Positions 13,750 through 34,574 of a stretch of 64,000 bases of DNA are shown piece after piece. The position numbers were made by a program, and so were the translations under genes. The notes beneath the pieces are model-generated. The model saw only the letters and a program-made list of their open reading frames with translations, had not been told where the DNA came from and did no database searches. Origin of the DNA: the human T2T-CHM13v2.0 reference genome, Homo sapiens; the NCBI RefSeq assembly GCF_009914755.1, contig NC_060939.1; one strand, given 5' to 3'. Position 1 is the stretch's first letter. Every line of letters starts with the position of its first letter.

Positions 13750-14260
13750 TGCCAAGACCAGCTTGGTTGGGGAGACCCTCACCCAGCAGTGCTAGAGGAA
13801 TTAAGACACATACACAGAAATATAGAGGTGTGAAGTGGGAAATCAGGGGTCTCACAGCCTTCAGAGCTGAGAACCCCGAACAGAGATTTACCCACATATC
13901 TATTAATAGCAAGCCAGTCATTAGCATTGTTTCTATAGATATTAAATTAACTAAAAGTATCCCTTATGGGAAACGAAGGGATGGGCCGAATTAAAGGAAT
14001 AGATTGGGCTAGTTAACTGCAGCAGGAGCATGTCCTTAAGGCACAGATCGCTCACCCTATTGTTTGTGGCTTAAGAATGCCTTTAAGCGATTTTCCGCCC
14101 TGGGCGGGCCACGTGTTCCTTGCCTTATTCCCATAAACCCACAACCTTACAGCATGGGCATTATGGCCATCATGAACATGTCACAGTGCTGCAGAGATTT
14201 TGTTTATGGCCAGTTTTGGGGCCAGTTTATGGCCAGATTTTGGGAGGCCTGTTCCCAACA
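13750..14260 (-). mobile_element. MER9 solo LTR (HERV-K HML-3)
   Basis: Minus strand runs TGTTGGGAACAGGCC...CTGGCCATAAAC...GGTCTTGGCA (TG...CA), 511 bp, matching the recalled MER9 consensus. Flanks ctaag/ccaag form a degenerate TSD. Confidence 0.88.
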
Positions 14261-15188
14261 CCAAGCATGCAGATTCTCAGCAAAGCTGGGTCAGAGTGGG
14301 CCATCCAACAGTGTATGGGCAAGAGTGAGGCCAGGAGACCCTCAAAGAGCTTACACTCTGGCAGGGCAGACACCCAAGGCCCAGGTGCTATCACCTGAGT
14401 GTGAATGGGGACACAGTTTACCTGAGGCGTCACCCTTCCCCCCTCCCCCAGCCCAGAACCCTAGGCCGAAAGGATGAAAACACACACAGGATGAAAACCT
14501 ACACAAATCTACATTTGCTTATGGAGGACCTCAGCCCTCCACTCAAACTCTACCTACCTACATGTGGAACTCACAGGGGACAAATCTATTGCAGAATAGA
14601 ACACATCTCACATCCTGAGCCTGCTTGTTGGGGCTCTATGCACTGCCTCTGCTGTGATGCCCCCCCATGAAAGTGCCAGTGGCTCTGCCAACAGACTGCT
14701 TCCCACGGTCCCAAAGCCACCAGGCCCTGATGCATCAGAATGGGGCTGGATTCTGGGTCAGAGTCAGGAGAAAACCTGACACTGGGCTATCCTTTGTCCT
14801 CAGGTCCCTGAGGCACCTTGGATTGTGTCCAGAACCTCTCAGAGTCCCTTATGAAAACAGCTTCTTCAACTTCTAGCTCTAACCCACTGCCTCTGGGGCC
14901 AGTGAATGCAAGCACCATGCCATTCCCTCCTCTATGCTTGCTTCTCCTCTCTGGGGCTGCACTGCTCACCAGAAGCAGCCAAGTCCACTCTCAGTACCCT
15001 ACAAAACACAGAGTTCCTTGTGGCAGAGAGTGGCGTGCCGGAGGAGTTGCCCCACAGCTTCTTAGAGGAAGGGGCTGGCCCAGGGCCTCTAAGGATAGGG
15101 AGGACATGGATTAGTATGCAGTGGAGAGAAATGCAACTGGAAGGCCCATCTGAGTGTGAATGTGCTAATTTAATTTCTAATTCAATTA

Positions 15189-15510
<322 letters not shown>

Positions 15511-16429
15511 AGTGTCCTGAGCTGGCCACACAGGGCAAGGCAAGTAGTCATGCTGGATGGATGAAGCTGGGATATCTGGACTCTGCCCGTAGGTATTGGG
15601 TACTCATTGCCACTGTGGATGGATTGGGTGAGGCCTCAGACATCTCGGTCTGCACCCTTTCCCAGTTCCCACTGCTTCATTGCCTTCTCCATATCTAGAT
15701 TTGCTCCATAAAAGCACTGCCCTGCCATTCCACGATGGTTCTATATAAAAGACCTTGTCCGATTGAAGGGAGGATGAAGGCCTTTCTTTCCCTCACGAGT
15801 TTTCTTCAGATCAGCTTTCACAAAGGTTGAGGAACAGAGCAGAGTAAAGGAGGCTACCAGCTGTAACTCTCATCCTGCCTGACAGCCAACAGGCATGGGT
15901 GGGGGTATCTGGATGACTAGATGAAGTCACAGCAAGTGCCAGTAGTTCACTTAGACTCAGAACTCCGGCTGCATCCTGGTTCTCTTGAATCTTGTTCCTT
16001 CTGCATTTTCCAGATAAAAGGCACAGTATTTCTCATTACCTCATGGAACACCTCCAATGAGACCGCAGTGTTCCGTGGAACCCAGTTTGAGAACTGCTGC
16101 TATAATCATCAGCCCTAAGACATTTGTGTGTATACACATTGCATATGATATGTAATATATACACACACATAGGTTGAAACCTACACTGTCATCAGGATAC
16201 TCTCACTAAAACACTGCTGTAAACTTGTCACTCCCCTGCTCAGTAGTCCCCACAGCCTATAGCAGGAAAGTCAAACCCTTTGGCCTGGCATTCAAAGCCC
16301 TCCATGATTTGGCCTCGCCAGGTAAAACAGAAAGAACAAGGGCTTTGGTGCCTGTCAGATCTAGCGTCAAATCCTGACCACACTTTTAGTTTGCAAGTGC
16401 TAGAAACCCAACCACAACCAGTCCCAGCA

Positions 16430-16770
16430 AAAAGAAATGTACTCTGTTACAACATGGATGAACCGTGGAAACATTATGTCAAGTGAAAGAAGCCAGCCAC
16501 AAAGGACTGCCTGTTGTATTATTTGATTTATATGCAATCTCTAGAATAGGTAAATTCATAGAGACAGAAAGTAGACTGGTGGTTGTCTAAGGCTGGGGGT
16601 TTTGAGGGGAAATGGGGAATGATTGGATGCACAGTTTATTTTTAGGGTGATGAGAATGTTTTAAGATCGACGTGGTAATGGTTGCACAACCCTATGAATA
16701 CAATAAAAGCCATGGAATTGTATACTTTCAATGGGTGAATTGTAGGCTATGTGAATTATATCTCAGTAAA
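16430..16770 (+). mobile_element. Old L1M (L1MB-like) 3' fragment
   Basis: acaacatggatgaacc...gagacagaaagtaga...gtgaattatatctca motif run. Confidence 0.7.
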
Positions 16771-16772
16771 AC

Positions 16773-17665
<893 letters not shown>

Positions 17666-18234
17666 GTATTGACTTTTTTGGTTGTAAGGAATGTTGGGGA
17701 AGCTCTCAGGAGGAAGCCCTCTGAAGGAGGAGCTGCAAGAACTGAGCTTTGGGGCCAAAAATCTGAACCTGCAGGCCCCTAAAGTCCCTGGTTCTATCTG
17801 TGTCTCACTCCATCTTGATTTCCTTATGCAGCTGGTTTGAGTCACATGATAACCCCTGGACCAATCACAATTAGGGAGGAATATAGTACAATGATTGGTC
17901 TTCGTGAGTCACGTGATTTCCCCCCCTTACCCCCCCGACCCCAAGCGAGAAATAGAGCCTGGGAAGCAGATGAAGAGGAATAGGGGAAAACAGACTGGGT
18001 AGGTGTGAACTGTGGTTAACACCATCCACCAAGCTGGCTAGAAGAACTTGGGTAACTTATGTTAAGTGCTGGGAGCTTTATAGATTCCCACCTAAACCTT
18101 GCCCTCCAGCCACATGGGTCCAAACCCTGAACCCACTCCTCTGGACCTCTCTGATCTTTTACATGTTCAAGGCGAGCACCCTCCATTAGGGCACCTTCTC
18201 TGCCTGTCCCTATCCCCAGAAGTGGGAGGGTATT

Positions 18235-18553
18235 TTTGTTTTTGTTTTATTTTTAGTTTTTGTTTTTTGAGACAGGGTCTTGCCCTGTAACCCAGGCTGG
18301 AGTGCAGTGGAGTAATCATGGTGTGATCATGGCTCACTGCAGCCTTGAACTCCTGGGTTCAAGCAATCCTCCTGCCTCAGCCTCCCAAGTAGCAAGGACC
18401 ACAGGTGTGTGCCACCATGCTTGGCTAATTTTTGTATTTTTTGTAGAGACTGGGTCTCACTATGTTGCCCAGGCTGGTCTTAAACTCCTGACCTCCTCCT
18501 GCCTTGGCTTCCCAAAGTGCTGAGATCACAGGTGTGAACCACTGTGCCTGGCC
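18235..18553 (-). mobile_element. AluJ-like
   Basis: Reverse-complement Alu. Confidence 0.92.
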
Positions 18554-18559
18554 CAAAAG

Positions 18560-18992
18560 TACACTGCTCAGGTGACAGGTGCACCAAAATCTCAGAAATT
18601 ACCACTAAAGTACTTATCCATAGGCCGGGTGCAGTGGCTCATGCCTGTATTCCCAGCACTTTGGGAGGCCGAGGCGGCAGATCACTTGAGGTCAAGAGTT
18701 TGAGATCAGCCTGGCCAACATGGTGAAACCCCATCTCTACAAAACATACAAAACTTAGGCATCGTTGTGTGCACCTGAAATCCCAGTTACTCGGGAGGCT
18801 GAGGCAGGAGAATCGCTTGAACCCTGGGAGGCGAAGGTTGCAGTGAGCTGAGATGGTGGCGCTGCATTCCAGCCTGGGCAACAGAGTGAGACTCTGTCTC
18901 AAAAAACAAAACAAAACAAAAAACTTATCCATGTAACCAAAAACTACCTGTTACCCCAAAACTACTGAAATAAAATAATTTAAAAAAAAAAA
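18560..18992 (+). mobile_element. L1PB/L1MA-like 3' end fragment interrupted by an AluS (18623-18922)
   Basis: gtacactgctcaggtgacaggtgcaccaaaatctcagaaat...gtaaccaaaa...A tail; Alu TSD acttatccat. Confidence 0.8.
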
Positions 18993-19830
18993 AGGAGCAG
19001 AAGGGAGAGGAGGAGGGCAGGTAGCCCCTGTTTGTTTAAGCCAGTTATTCAGTGGTTTCTGTACTTGCACTGAAAAGTATTTCTAAATGATACACCGAGG
19101 TAACCTAAAGAAGGACAGAGGCTTGTAGATTTGACTAACTGGCAGATTTCTAGTCATCTGTCTTGATAATGACTACCAGTGCCATGGAACTAGACAATGT
19201 GCCATCTTGCTCAAAAGAAACAATGAAGTTAACATATTTTATGGATGGTAAGACCCCATTCCTATTGTAACATCTCTCTCAATCCCCTCTTCAGTCTCTT
19301 CTCATCGCCATAAGAGCCAGAGTTTCATAGTACACAGCAAGGATATTATCAGTGAAAATAATATGGGGCAGCAAGTCTACAAATGCAGCCTTCACACTCC
19401 AACCCAACCCCATCCACTCCTTTCAGAGGCACCCCCTCCTCTGGGAGCACCCTCCAGGGATCTTCCCTCCTTCCAGCACTTTACTGTAACTATCCATTAG
19501 TGTCAGAAAGTCCCCAGATCTTGTCAAAAACATCACTTACATCTATATCTGCCCTCCCGAATGTCCAGCAAAGTGTCCTATAAAATAAATGTGGGATGTC
19601 ACTGGGTGAAAAATTAATCTTCACAAAGTCCCCAAAGGGTCAAATAAACACATCTCAGAGTAGATTTGAAATTACAAACCCTTACACTGGGTGGGCAGTT
19701 GTGCTTAAACCAACCCATCAGAGCCTCTCTCCCGTTTTAAGCAATTCCAACTGCTAGGAGATGGAACTCAGAAACAGGAAATGACTTGGCCAAGACCATC
19801 ATTTCAGGTGCTTGTCAAGATCAAGAGGAT

Positions 19831-20158
19831 GGCCAGTGTGGTGGCTCGTGGCTGTAATCTCAGCACTTTGGGAGGCTGAGATGGGCAGATCACTTGAGCC
19901 CAGGAGTTCGAGACCAGCCTGGGCAACATGGTGAAACTCCATCTCTAAGAAAAAAAAAACAAAAACAAAAATCAGCCAGGCGTGGTGGCGCATGCGTGTA
20001 GTCCCAGCTGCTCCAGAGGCTGAGGTGGGAGGATGGCGTGAGCACAGGAGGCGAAAGTTACAGTGAGCCGAGATGGCACCACTGCACCCCAGCCTGGGCA
20101 ACAGGGGGAAACTCTGTCTAAAACAACAATAATAATAATAAAATAAAAAATAAAAAAA
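19831..20158 (+). mobile_element. Alu (J/S-like)
   Basis: Dimeric Alu. Confidence 0.93.
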
Positions 20159-20159
20159 T

Positions 20160-24081
<3,922 letters not shown>

Positions 24082-24646
24082 AGTTTTCACTTAAAAAGAG
24101 ATTCTGATTCTCTTTGTCTGGGTTGGAGCCCAGGAATCTTAATTTCTTTGCATTCCCCAGGTGATTTCTGATAGAATCACTGAACCAATGGTCACAGAGG
24201 TCTTTTCCAGCTTTAACACTCTATGACTCCACAAAGTTTATTTGACTCATGACTGGAAAAAGGGAAAGAAGAACCAAACAGGAGAAAAGGAGACAGCAAG
24301 AAGGAAAGCACAACATTAGAAGCATAAATAATAATTACCAAGGTGTATGTCTCTGCATGGTTTCTGGTGCCCCTTTGCAAATGTATCCTATATGTGATGC
24401 ATAGCAACCCGGGGGTCTAAGCAGGGCAGGTATCAGGACTGTCCCCATTTTACAGACGGGGACACTGAAGTTCAAAGAAGTTAAGTGCTTTGAGTAAATT
24501 ATCCAGTTTGTAAATGGCAGAGCTGGGATTACAACCTCAGGATGTCTGACTCCAGGGCCAATGCTCTTGCCATCCCATCAGCCATTAGGGACACAAAATA
24601 TTTTCCTTACTATGGTCATCAAGTATTATGTTTATGGCTTAATAAA

Positions 24647-24691
24647 AAAAAGTTATTTCATAGAAAAGTTATTTCTATGAAATAACTTTTT
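24647..24691. repeat. Perfect 20-bp inverted repeat with a 5-nt spacer
   Basis: aaaaagttatttcatagaaa-agtta-tttctatgaaataacttttt. Confidence 0.95.
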
Positions 24692-27022
24692 CATAGAAAA
24701 GGAGGGAGGGAGAAAGCATAATGATCACTGACATTTAATAAGGGCTTACTATGTTCCAGGCCCTGTGCTAAGCACTTTGCATTTTCACCTTTCATCCTAC
24801 AGTAAGCCAACTAGGTAGCTACTGTTTTCACTCCCACTTTACAGATGATCAAACTGAGGCTCAGAGAGGTTAAATAATTCACCCAAAGTGAATAAAAATT
24901 AGTACTGGGATTGAATCCAGGTCTTCTATCTGAATAAATGAAACAGAGAAAGAGAAGGGAAGAGGGAGGAAAGTGACGGAGAAGTGGGTGTGCTTTTCCC
25001 GTCTCCATGGGGCTCCTGTTTCTTAGGGCTGTCATCACCCCACATGGCAAGGGCTCCTCGGGGCCTTTCAGAAGGAAAGCCCAACCTTACTGCCCAGCCT
25101 AGCACTGCCGGCTGCCAGCCAGCCTCTCTCCCACAGTGTATTTCCTTTGCCTACGTTGACAGGTATCCAGTTTCACCAAAGGCTCCAAGCTCCCAGATCT
25201 GGTTTTCATCAGGAGCTAGAGCTGAGCCCTAGAGCAATTGCCTGGCAGCCTCAGTGAAGCCAGATGGAGCCCAGCCACCTTCTCTTCCCCTGAGGCCTCC
25301 TGAAGAAGGGCTCTTGATGTCTGGAGCCCAGCCTTGGATGGTGGCCCTGCGGGTGCATCTTTCAAGACCCCTTCCTTTCAGCTTTGTCTCTAGCAGCTAG
25401 TAGAAGTGACACAGGGGGTGCATAGATCAGGCCAATAGCCTCTCATTGAGGATGTGCAGGGAACAGCCGGGAGAGGGTCTGGGGCAGCAATGAGAACAAT
25501 GCTGTTTCCTTCCCACCCACCAAGCAGATCCTACCTGTGCATCTCCTCCACCTGGCCTGGGAGGGCTCGGATACACTCCCTGGCTTTGATACACCCCCTG
25601 TCCCTGTGGAACCTGTCTGAGGCCAGACAGGGAGATAGACAAAGAACCACAGCTGGACAACCATGACCAAAGCAGAAGTTGTAATTCTGTGGGCACATGG
25701 GGAACTTGAGATTCATCCTGGCCAATGCACGGGGCAGTAGGCACTGGAACTAGGACTTGGAGGAAGCGGGTGGAGTATTCCAGGCAGTGCTGGAGCACAG
25801 GGAAAAGGAAAGTGGGGTAGGCCTTGCAAAGCTGGGCATGCATCCATGGGGCTGCTTTTGTGTGAATTAGAAAAGGAGACCTTTTCTGGGCAGACAAGGA
25901 GGGTACTCTATCCTTGCTTTATGCAGTGCACAAATTGTGCAACTATACTAGTGGCCCTGGGGCTGTGGCCACTAAATTTCATCTGCCTTTTACATTTTCC
26001 CTTCCTCTTCAGGTTACAGAGCCCCTATTTCTAGAAAGGAAGTGATTCTATGTGGTTACTGTGGGGCTAATCCATAAGCCTAACAGGGGTCAGCCCTTGA
26101 TTCAGTCATAGCCAATTACAGCACTGCAGCTTCATGGCCATGGTGATCAGTTCTGAGACAGGCATGTGATCCAAGCTAAGCCAATCAGAGCCCTCTCTGG
26201 GACCGCAGCCGGAGCATTTAGGCAGAAGGTGCTCTCTTTCGTCTGGGTTTGCTGGCTACGGGGATCAGGTAAGCCTAGAACTGTGGGGTCATCACTGGTA
26301 CTTTGCGGGAGACTCTGCCTGAAAACGAAGCCAACACACAAAAATGAGCAGATGAGAAACAAAGAGAATTCTGATGTTTAAACTCCAGGATTTGCTCCTG
26401 GAATATTCCATTCACAAGAATGAATAAATTCCCTTTTTTGCTTAATCTAGTCTGAGTTTTTATGCTTCCCTCAAAAGGACTAAGCATTATGGAAAGAATT
26501 GCTAGGATTCAAGCCAATGGACACAGAGTACCTTGAAAAACCAAACCAAGAAAGCTTTGGCTGGGCCTCGGGTTTCTAAGTCAAGAGCTGGAGATGAGAA
26601 CACAGGCATGGAGTCTGACTGAACTTCATTCAAAGCTGTTCCCAGGTGGCATCTCCCTGCGTGCTCACCACAGCCTCAGGAGCCAGGTGAGGCCAGGCCA
26701 CTGGGATGTGGACTTGCCACTCAACCTGTGATCTGGGTGAGCCTTCGGCTGACGGGCCCTGGGGCACAGCAGGCTCTTAGCACTCGGGGAAGGACCAGCC
26801 AGCAATGGCTGTCTGAGTTGGCAGGAAGGGTCTGTGTGCTGAGCTCCTGGGAAGTCTTGTGGGACTTATGACATGTCATGCAGTCAGTCCACTCTTGTGC
26901 CCCTGGGCCTTTGCATATCCTGATCCCTCAGCCTAGGACACCCTCACCATGTTGTCTATCCAGAAAACTTCTACTCTGCCTTCAAAATTCAGCTCAAGGG
27001 TTACCTCTTCTGCAGAAACTTC

Positions 27023-27515
27023 TGTGGCAGTTTTAAAACATGGCTGCAAGATTTTGGTCTCAAGAGATGAATTCTGTGTCCCTGTCGCTTGAATCTGGTT
27101 GGTCTTATGACTGCTATGCCCAATAGAGTATGTTGGAGGTGATGCTATGTGTCATCTTAGGCTGAGTCATAAAAGGCCATGCAACTTCTGCCTTGTTCGT
27201 TGGGAACACTCACACTTGAACCCCCGATACCATGTAAAAAGTCCAACTGTCCTGAGACCACCAGGCTGGAGAGGCCACAAGTAGGCACTTTGGTCGACAG
27301 TCCCAGCTGAGCCCACTCTTCAGCCAGCCCAGCCAACCCAGCCCAACTCTTCAAGTCACCTCTAGCCATTAGAGTCACCCCAGCTGAGGCCCAGGCCTCA
27401 CGGAGCAGGGAAGACACACCCTGCAGTGTCCTATCCAAATTCCTGAGCCATGGAATCTGGAAGCATAGATGGTCGTTTTATGCCACTATGTTTTGGAGCA
27501 GGAGATAACTAGAAC
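27023..27515 (+). mobile_element. MaLR LTR (MLT1F/G/H-like)
   Basis: tgtggcagttttaaaacatggc start and gataactagaaca end; internal MLT1 motifs (aggccatgcaacttctgcc, ccccagctgaggccc). Confidence 0.75.
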
Positions 27516-30500
27516 ACTGTCTTTGACTCATCTGGGAAAACTTCAGTGCTTCTTCCTTTATTTGTTTCTTCCCTGAGTTCCTCCTGCATTGCTCCTGCAG
27601 AGCCCTGGCTACACTGGGCTGTGATCATCTCACGACATGCCTATCGCCCCAATAGACTATGAAGCCCTGGGGAAACGGGGCCAGAGGCTGTTTCTCACGA
27701 GACAGAGGGGCTCCTCTAGGCTGGAGGTCACACAGAAGCCCACAGCAAGGCTGACCTGAATGAAGTCACTGAGGTAAATGACAGCTGCAGGCTCCTCCCA
27801 TCAGTATCAACCATGGACAGCATCAGCCCAGAGACTGGAGAGGGACTGAGCCCACACGAGGACCAAATGGCCTCCACCAGGCAGAGAGAAGAGCTCTGGG
27901 GCCAGGAGACAGGCCCGGAACACTTGCCTGGGAGACTCAGAAAGAGAGGTGCAACCTGCACCACTGGGTAGTGGATCTGGCTACTTACTGAGACCACCTT
28001 GTTCTGCGGGGAGAGGAATCAGGGAGCTGAGCGGAGTCCCAGATGAGCAAACAGAAGTTCATCTGCCAGAGAACCCAGAGGAGCAGGAGGCTGAAGCTGA
28101 GAGGGCGTTTCCCTTTCTTCTTAAGAAAATTGTTCAGAATTGATGAAAATAGCTGGGAAAGCATTTGTGGAAATGTTAATAGCAGGGAAAGTTAACCCAA
28201 CTTGAATTCTCTGCCTTGAGTTAGGAGGGAAGACGGCATGCCAAGCAAACATGGATCTGGATTTCAGGGCAGAAGGATCCACAGATGCACAGCCCAGCTC
28301 CCAGGCCCAACAGTGGGACTCCGGTACAGCCCGAGGCTTTTGTAGAGAGGTCAGTGTTCTTGTCTGAGCCTCTAGTAACCCTGCGAGGTTTCAGTACGAG
28401 GAGCAGGAATTAAGATACTGAAACAAAAGGAAGAAATGGACTCGCATTTGTTGAGCCCACTATGTGCTAAATGCTTTATAGTCATTGACAAATTTAAACC
28501 TCATAACAATATTTTAAATATGTAGTAAAGTCCCACTTGATAGCAGAGAAGACTGAGGCTCTGAGAGTTGTAGTAGAGTTGGGGCAGTCTGATTTGAGAC
28601 CCCCTAAGGGACAAGGGAGATGACATGGAAGGTCAGAGCCCCTCGGGCTGGTGCCTCTGTGACCCTCAGTGGCCGGGTATCCCTGTCTGCACAGTGAGAG
28701 GGCTGGGCTCATGATCTCACCCAGATCTGGGCTGAATCCCACCTCTGTCATTGTAGGGCAGCGTGACCTTGGGCAAGTTAGTTATACTTCCCGTGCCTCC
28801 TACAGTTTACCAGGGTTGATTGTCAACGACAAGAGCTGGCCTTTCTACTTCTTCCACCATCCATCTTCTATATGGAGTTACAGAACTTGTCAGTCCAGGG
28901 CAGAGCCCAGGAGCCCGCATCTTCCTCCCTTGTAGGCTTTGGCCAGTGGCACCCAGTGTGTGCTGTTCCCCGGAGGGTGAAGCAGCAGCCCTTTCAGACA
29001 CACGCTGGCAGGCACCACGGCTCCGGGATGCCAGCTGAGGCCTTCCAGCCGGCAGCTTCCTAAGTGGCCACAGATGTGGTGTGAGATCACACAGCAAGCC
29101 AGCTGCTGATGAGAGGAAAACATCCTCCCCACTCCAGTGGCCTCTGCCTTCTCTCAGAGCTGCGCTTCATCCAAGGAGGATTTGAAGAGGACACTTGTGA
29201 AAAGCATGCACAGAAAAAATTGGTATGCTGTCTTCGGGGGTATAATTACAGGAAATGTGTGGGGAGATTTTGCTGGCATTTCGTTTCCAGGAGGATGTTT
29301 TCCAGTGAAAAAATATAATGGCGTTGCCTTTACCAATATACTAAATATGAATGTCAGGCAAGTGTCTTGTTTCAAATAGGCAACATACACTCATGCCAAA
29401 GGGCACCCTATATAATCTAGATCTCCTTCCCAGTCTCCAACTCCTAGAGACAAGCACCATGACTATTTCTTATGTGGCCTCTGGGACGTACTCTATGCAT
29501 TTATTAAACATATTATCCTGGACACTATTATGGTCACCTGCAATTCACTCCTCAGCCTCTTCCTTCTCTTCTCTGTATTCCGGGAGGCTAAGCCCTTACA
29601 GGCTATTATTTCCCAAGGTCTTGGGTCAGCTGATAGGTGTATTTGGTTTCTCAGCTCTTGTATCACTTACTGAACCAATTTCCTGAATTATGAATTGATT
29701 ATGAATGATCTCTGTGTGAAAAACCTTGAGTGGTTTCTGTTTTTCTATTTGGACTGAGTGTTTCCCTCTTTGTTAAAGCTCTTGGTTCACTGAAAATCTT
29801 AACAAATTCACATGTATCTTTCCTTTTTTTTCACCCAAATGGTGGCATGTTACAATTGGTATTATCTGTATCTTCCTTTTTTTGCTCACCGATATGCCTT
29901 GGGAGTTTTGTTTTTGTTTTTTTTTGGGGTTTTTTTTTTTCATATCAGTGTATAGAAAGGTACCTCTTTTATTTTTAGTGTTTACCCAGGATATGGTTTA
30001 TTCAACCAGAACCCCATTGATCAACCTCTAGGGTATTTCCAGGTTTTTGCTATTATAAAGAATTTCTGGTGAATATGTGAATATTCTTGTACGTACGTCA
30101 CTTCACTCACATGGAGGTTTAGCTGTAGGATAAATACCTAGGAGTGGAAATGCTGAGTAGATACATTTATGGCGTTGATAGAGATTGCCAACTCACAGTC
30201 CCATGAGCAGTGTTTGAGTGGATGCAGGCCCAGCTGAGAGAATTTTGGGGCGCAGGACTGTGAGTATCACGAGGGCAGGGACTGTGTTCTTTTGCTCACT
30301 AGTGCATCCCCAGTGCCTCACGTGGTGGTGGGAGATTCTCAATAAATATCTGTTGAATGAAATTTAAAAGTGGAGCGAGGCCATGGCCAAGGTCAGGTCA
30401 GCACCCTCCTGGCTCTGCCACTGACCGGCTGAATAGCCTCGAACCAAGTCCCTCAGACTCCATGATCTCAGAGCCCTCTCGAGCTCTGACTACCTGAAAT

Positions 30501-30619
30501 TGAGGGCTTCCAAACCAGGCAGACCATCCGAATCATTGACAGAACTTTAAAAATGACAGACTCTGGACCGCATTCAGGAATTTAGCTACAATAATTCTGC
30601 AGTAGAAGCCTTCAGTGGA

Positions 30620-31040
30620 CTCTGTGAGCCACCACCCAGACCCTCCCGTAGGAATGAATGACTTCCTCCCCAGCTACTGGGCGTGCTGCTGGCAGGAAGC
30701 CCTCAGCTAGCTGGCAGTCCTCTTTGAGAGGCGCCTCAGCTGGAGACAGCGGCCTTGCCCAAAGTCAGATCCCTTCCCTGAGGTAACTGCATCTAACGAC
30801 TGATGAACATGGGGCATAAAGGCCTGGCCCCCTCACCCCAACTTAGAGCAACTCTGAAGGAGCATCCCATCTTCAGAGCTCCCCGTAGGGTCAGCTGAGG
30901 CCACTCTTGAGACTGTCCAATCCTGCTTTCCATCCCGCCCTTCCACAAGTGTAGATCCTCACAACACTGACAAACCCTCGGAACTCTGAACTCTAAACTC
31001 CATCTCGGGGTCTGCTTCCCAGAGAGCCTGGCCTGTGACA
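30620..31040. mobile_element. Old ERVL-class LTR fragment (LTR16/33-like)
   Basis: End motif catctcggggtctgcttcccagagagcc..gtgaca. Family uncertain. Confidence 0.45.
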
Positions 31041-31074
31041 GGGCCCTAGAATCTGTAATTTTAAAAAATGTTTT

Positions 31075-32659
<1,585 letters not shown>

Positions 32660-34574
32660 TCAAGACACCTGTAGCCATTGTGATGTGGTGTGAAAATATC
32701 AGTGAATTCTGTGGGACAGAATGCCAAGTGCTGCTAAAACTGCTGGGATTTGTTGTCTGCATTCATAATGGAAGGAAATGCTGATCTTCAGTTAGAGGGT
32801 AGGGAAAATAGAGATGTCCTTTTTTATTATGACTCATCCCAGTCCACAGACCTTCTGAATTCCATCTGTGACCCCCTACTCCACTGCATGCCCTCTCCAG
32901 TGGGTTCCTTGGTCTGGTGAGTGTTTTCATCGTAAATCTCCAGGTGGGCTTTATCTCTTGCCAGCAAGGGAGTAGAAGATTTTCCAACAAAGGATGGGTG
33001 AGATGTCTGGGGCCCTTCGGTGGGAAAAGGCAGGGAACGCTGAGCCTAGGTCATTGCTGAGCTGCGCAGCAGAACCCACGTGCCTGCCTTGGCCAACCCT
33101 AGGCTCCCAGTTAGAGCACCTTTTCAGTTACACCAAAACAAGGTGCCAAATTGTTTTCCAGGTCCTCCAAGGAGGTTGTCTCTTCCTCCTGTCAGTGTGG
33201 GTTGAGCTTTCTCTGCCTTTGATCCTGATGCTTCATGAAAAGCCAGAAGGCTTGTGTCCTGGTGTGACATCCCTCAGTCAGGACCCACAGCAAGGTTACA
33301 CGCCTGTTCAATTAGGGATAAAATCCATTCAAAGTACGTTAACTCCCTCACTTCTTTGAATAAGTAAATGTGGATCATCTGCCCCACAGCCTGCACTGTG
33401 GAAGCAGAAGCAGTCGTGCTGAGGGGGCGTGGCATCTGCTGAGTGTCTCAGAGGCAGGATTAGAAGAACGTGAGAACCCTGAGGAGGGCAGGCAGAGGTA
33501 TGGGAAGTGGGTAGCTTTCTTAAAGAGGATCTTCCTGAAGTCTGGGCTGCTGACAGCCCAGATGAAAGCCTTGCCCACTAAAATGCATGCCCCATTCCCC
33601 ACCCCAGGCCCACCTTGCACTGAGTGATGTCAAGAAAGGGACACTTCTGCATCCAACTGCATCACCCACTAGCCAGGTGATGGCAAATCATTCATGTCTT
33701 TAACTTCAGTTTTCTCATCTCTAAAATGGGACAGTGATACCAAGTTGGCCAGCCTCATGGGGTTGTTGAGGTCATATTGGGGATGCTTTGAGAGTTTGTA
33801 AACCCTAAGATCTGGTGAAATGAGTTCACATATAGAGGGGAGGATGTGGATGCAGATGGGAAAAGAGGGCTGCTGTGTTCAGATGCGCAGGTTGTTCACT
33901 GTTCAAGGGAGTCTGGCTTTCCTACTCCACTTGCCAGATATCCCAGCTCCTACCCCACTTGCCAAGCCATTCACCCTGGCACGGGGCTGTGGAAGGCAGG
34001 CCTTTTTCCACTGCACATAGTGTCCCTGTTTGCCCTTGCAAACCCAGGCCACATTCAGATGCAGGGAGGAAAATGAACTTTCTGCCTGTTCTCTGACGGG
34101 CTTTTGTGGAGCTCTTAGATCATAATTACTTAATGGAGACATAATGCAGCAATCTTAACTAGTTTCTATTATCTAGGAAAATAAACAGTAGATAGGTGGG
34201 GCTTTTTTTCATTTTAATAACTTAATACAACCGTAAATAAAGCTGCAGCCTAGAAGGCAGGCTGCTACTGAAGAGAGGTGGCGGTGACCTGATTGTGTGA
34301 CAGGCAGACATTCATGTTGGCTTTACGGACCACCCACAGGCAGCTGCCTCTAAATTCTTCCTCTTGTCTCCTGGAATTCCAACTTTATTACTGTTTTCAG
34401 TATAGGACCCCTAGTTTTGGAGGTTTGCAAAACCTCCACTTGCTCTATCTGATCCCCTACACTGAGAACACAGTGGGTCCTCCATGGCTCCAGGTGATAT
34501 AGGGTGGTGGGGGAGTGGTCAGCTCTCAGCAGTGGGTGATGCCTTGGATCTTGAGGCTGCAGAGAAGGATAACT

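Noticed and set aside
30387-30400. CCAAGGTCAGGTCA nuclear-receptor half sites as a retinoic acid response element
   Set aside because: The half sites overlap and do not have DR1/DR2/DR5 spacing. They lie among L2/MIR remnants, and a chance match is likely.
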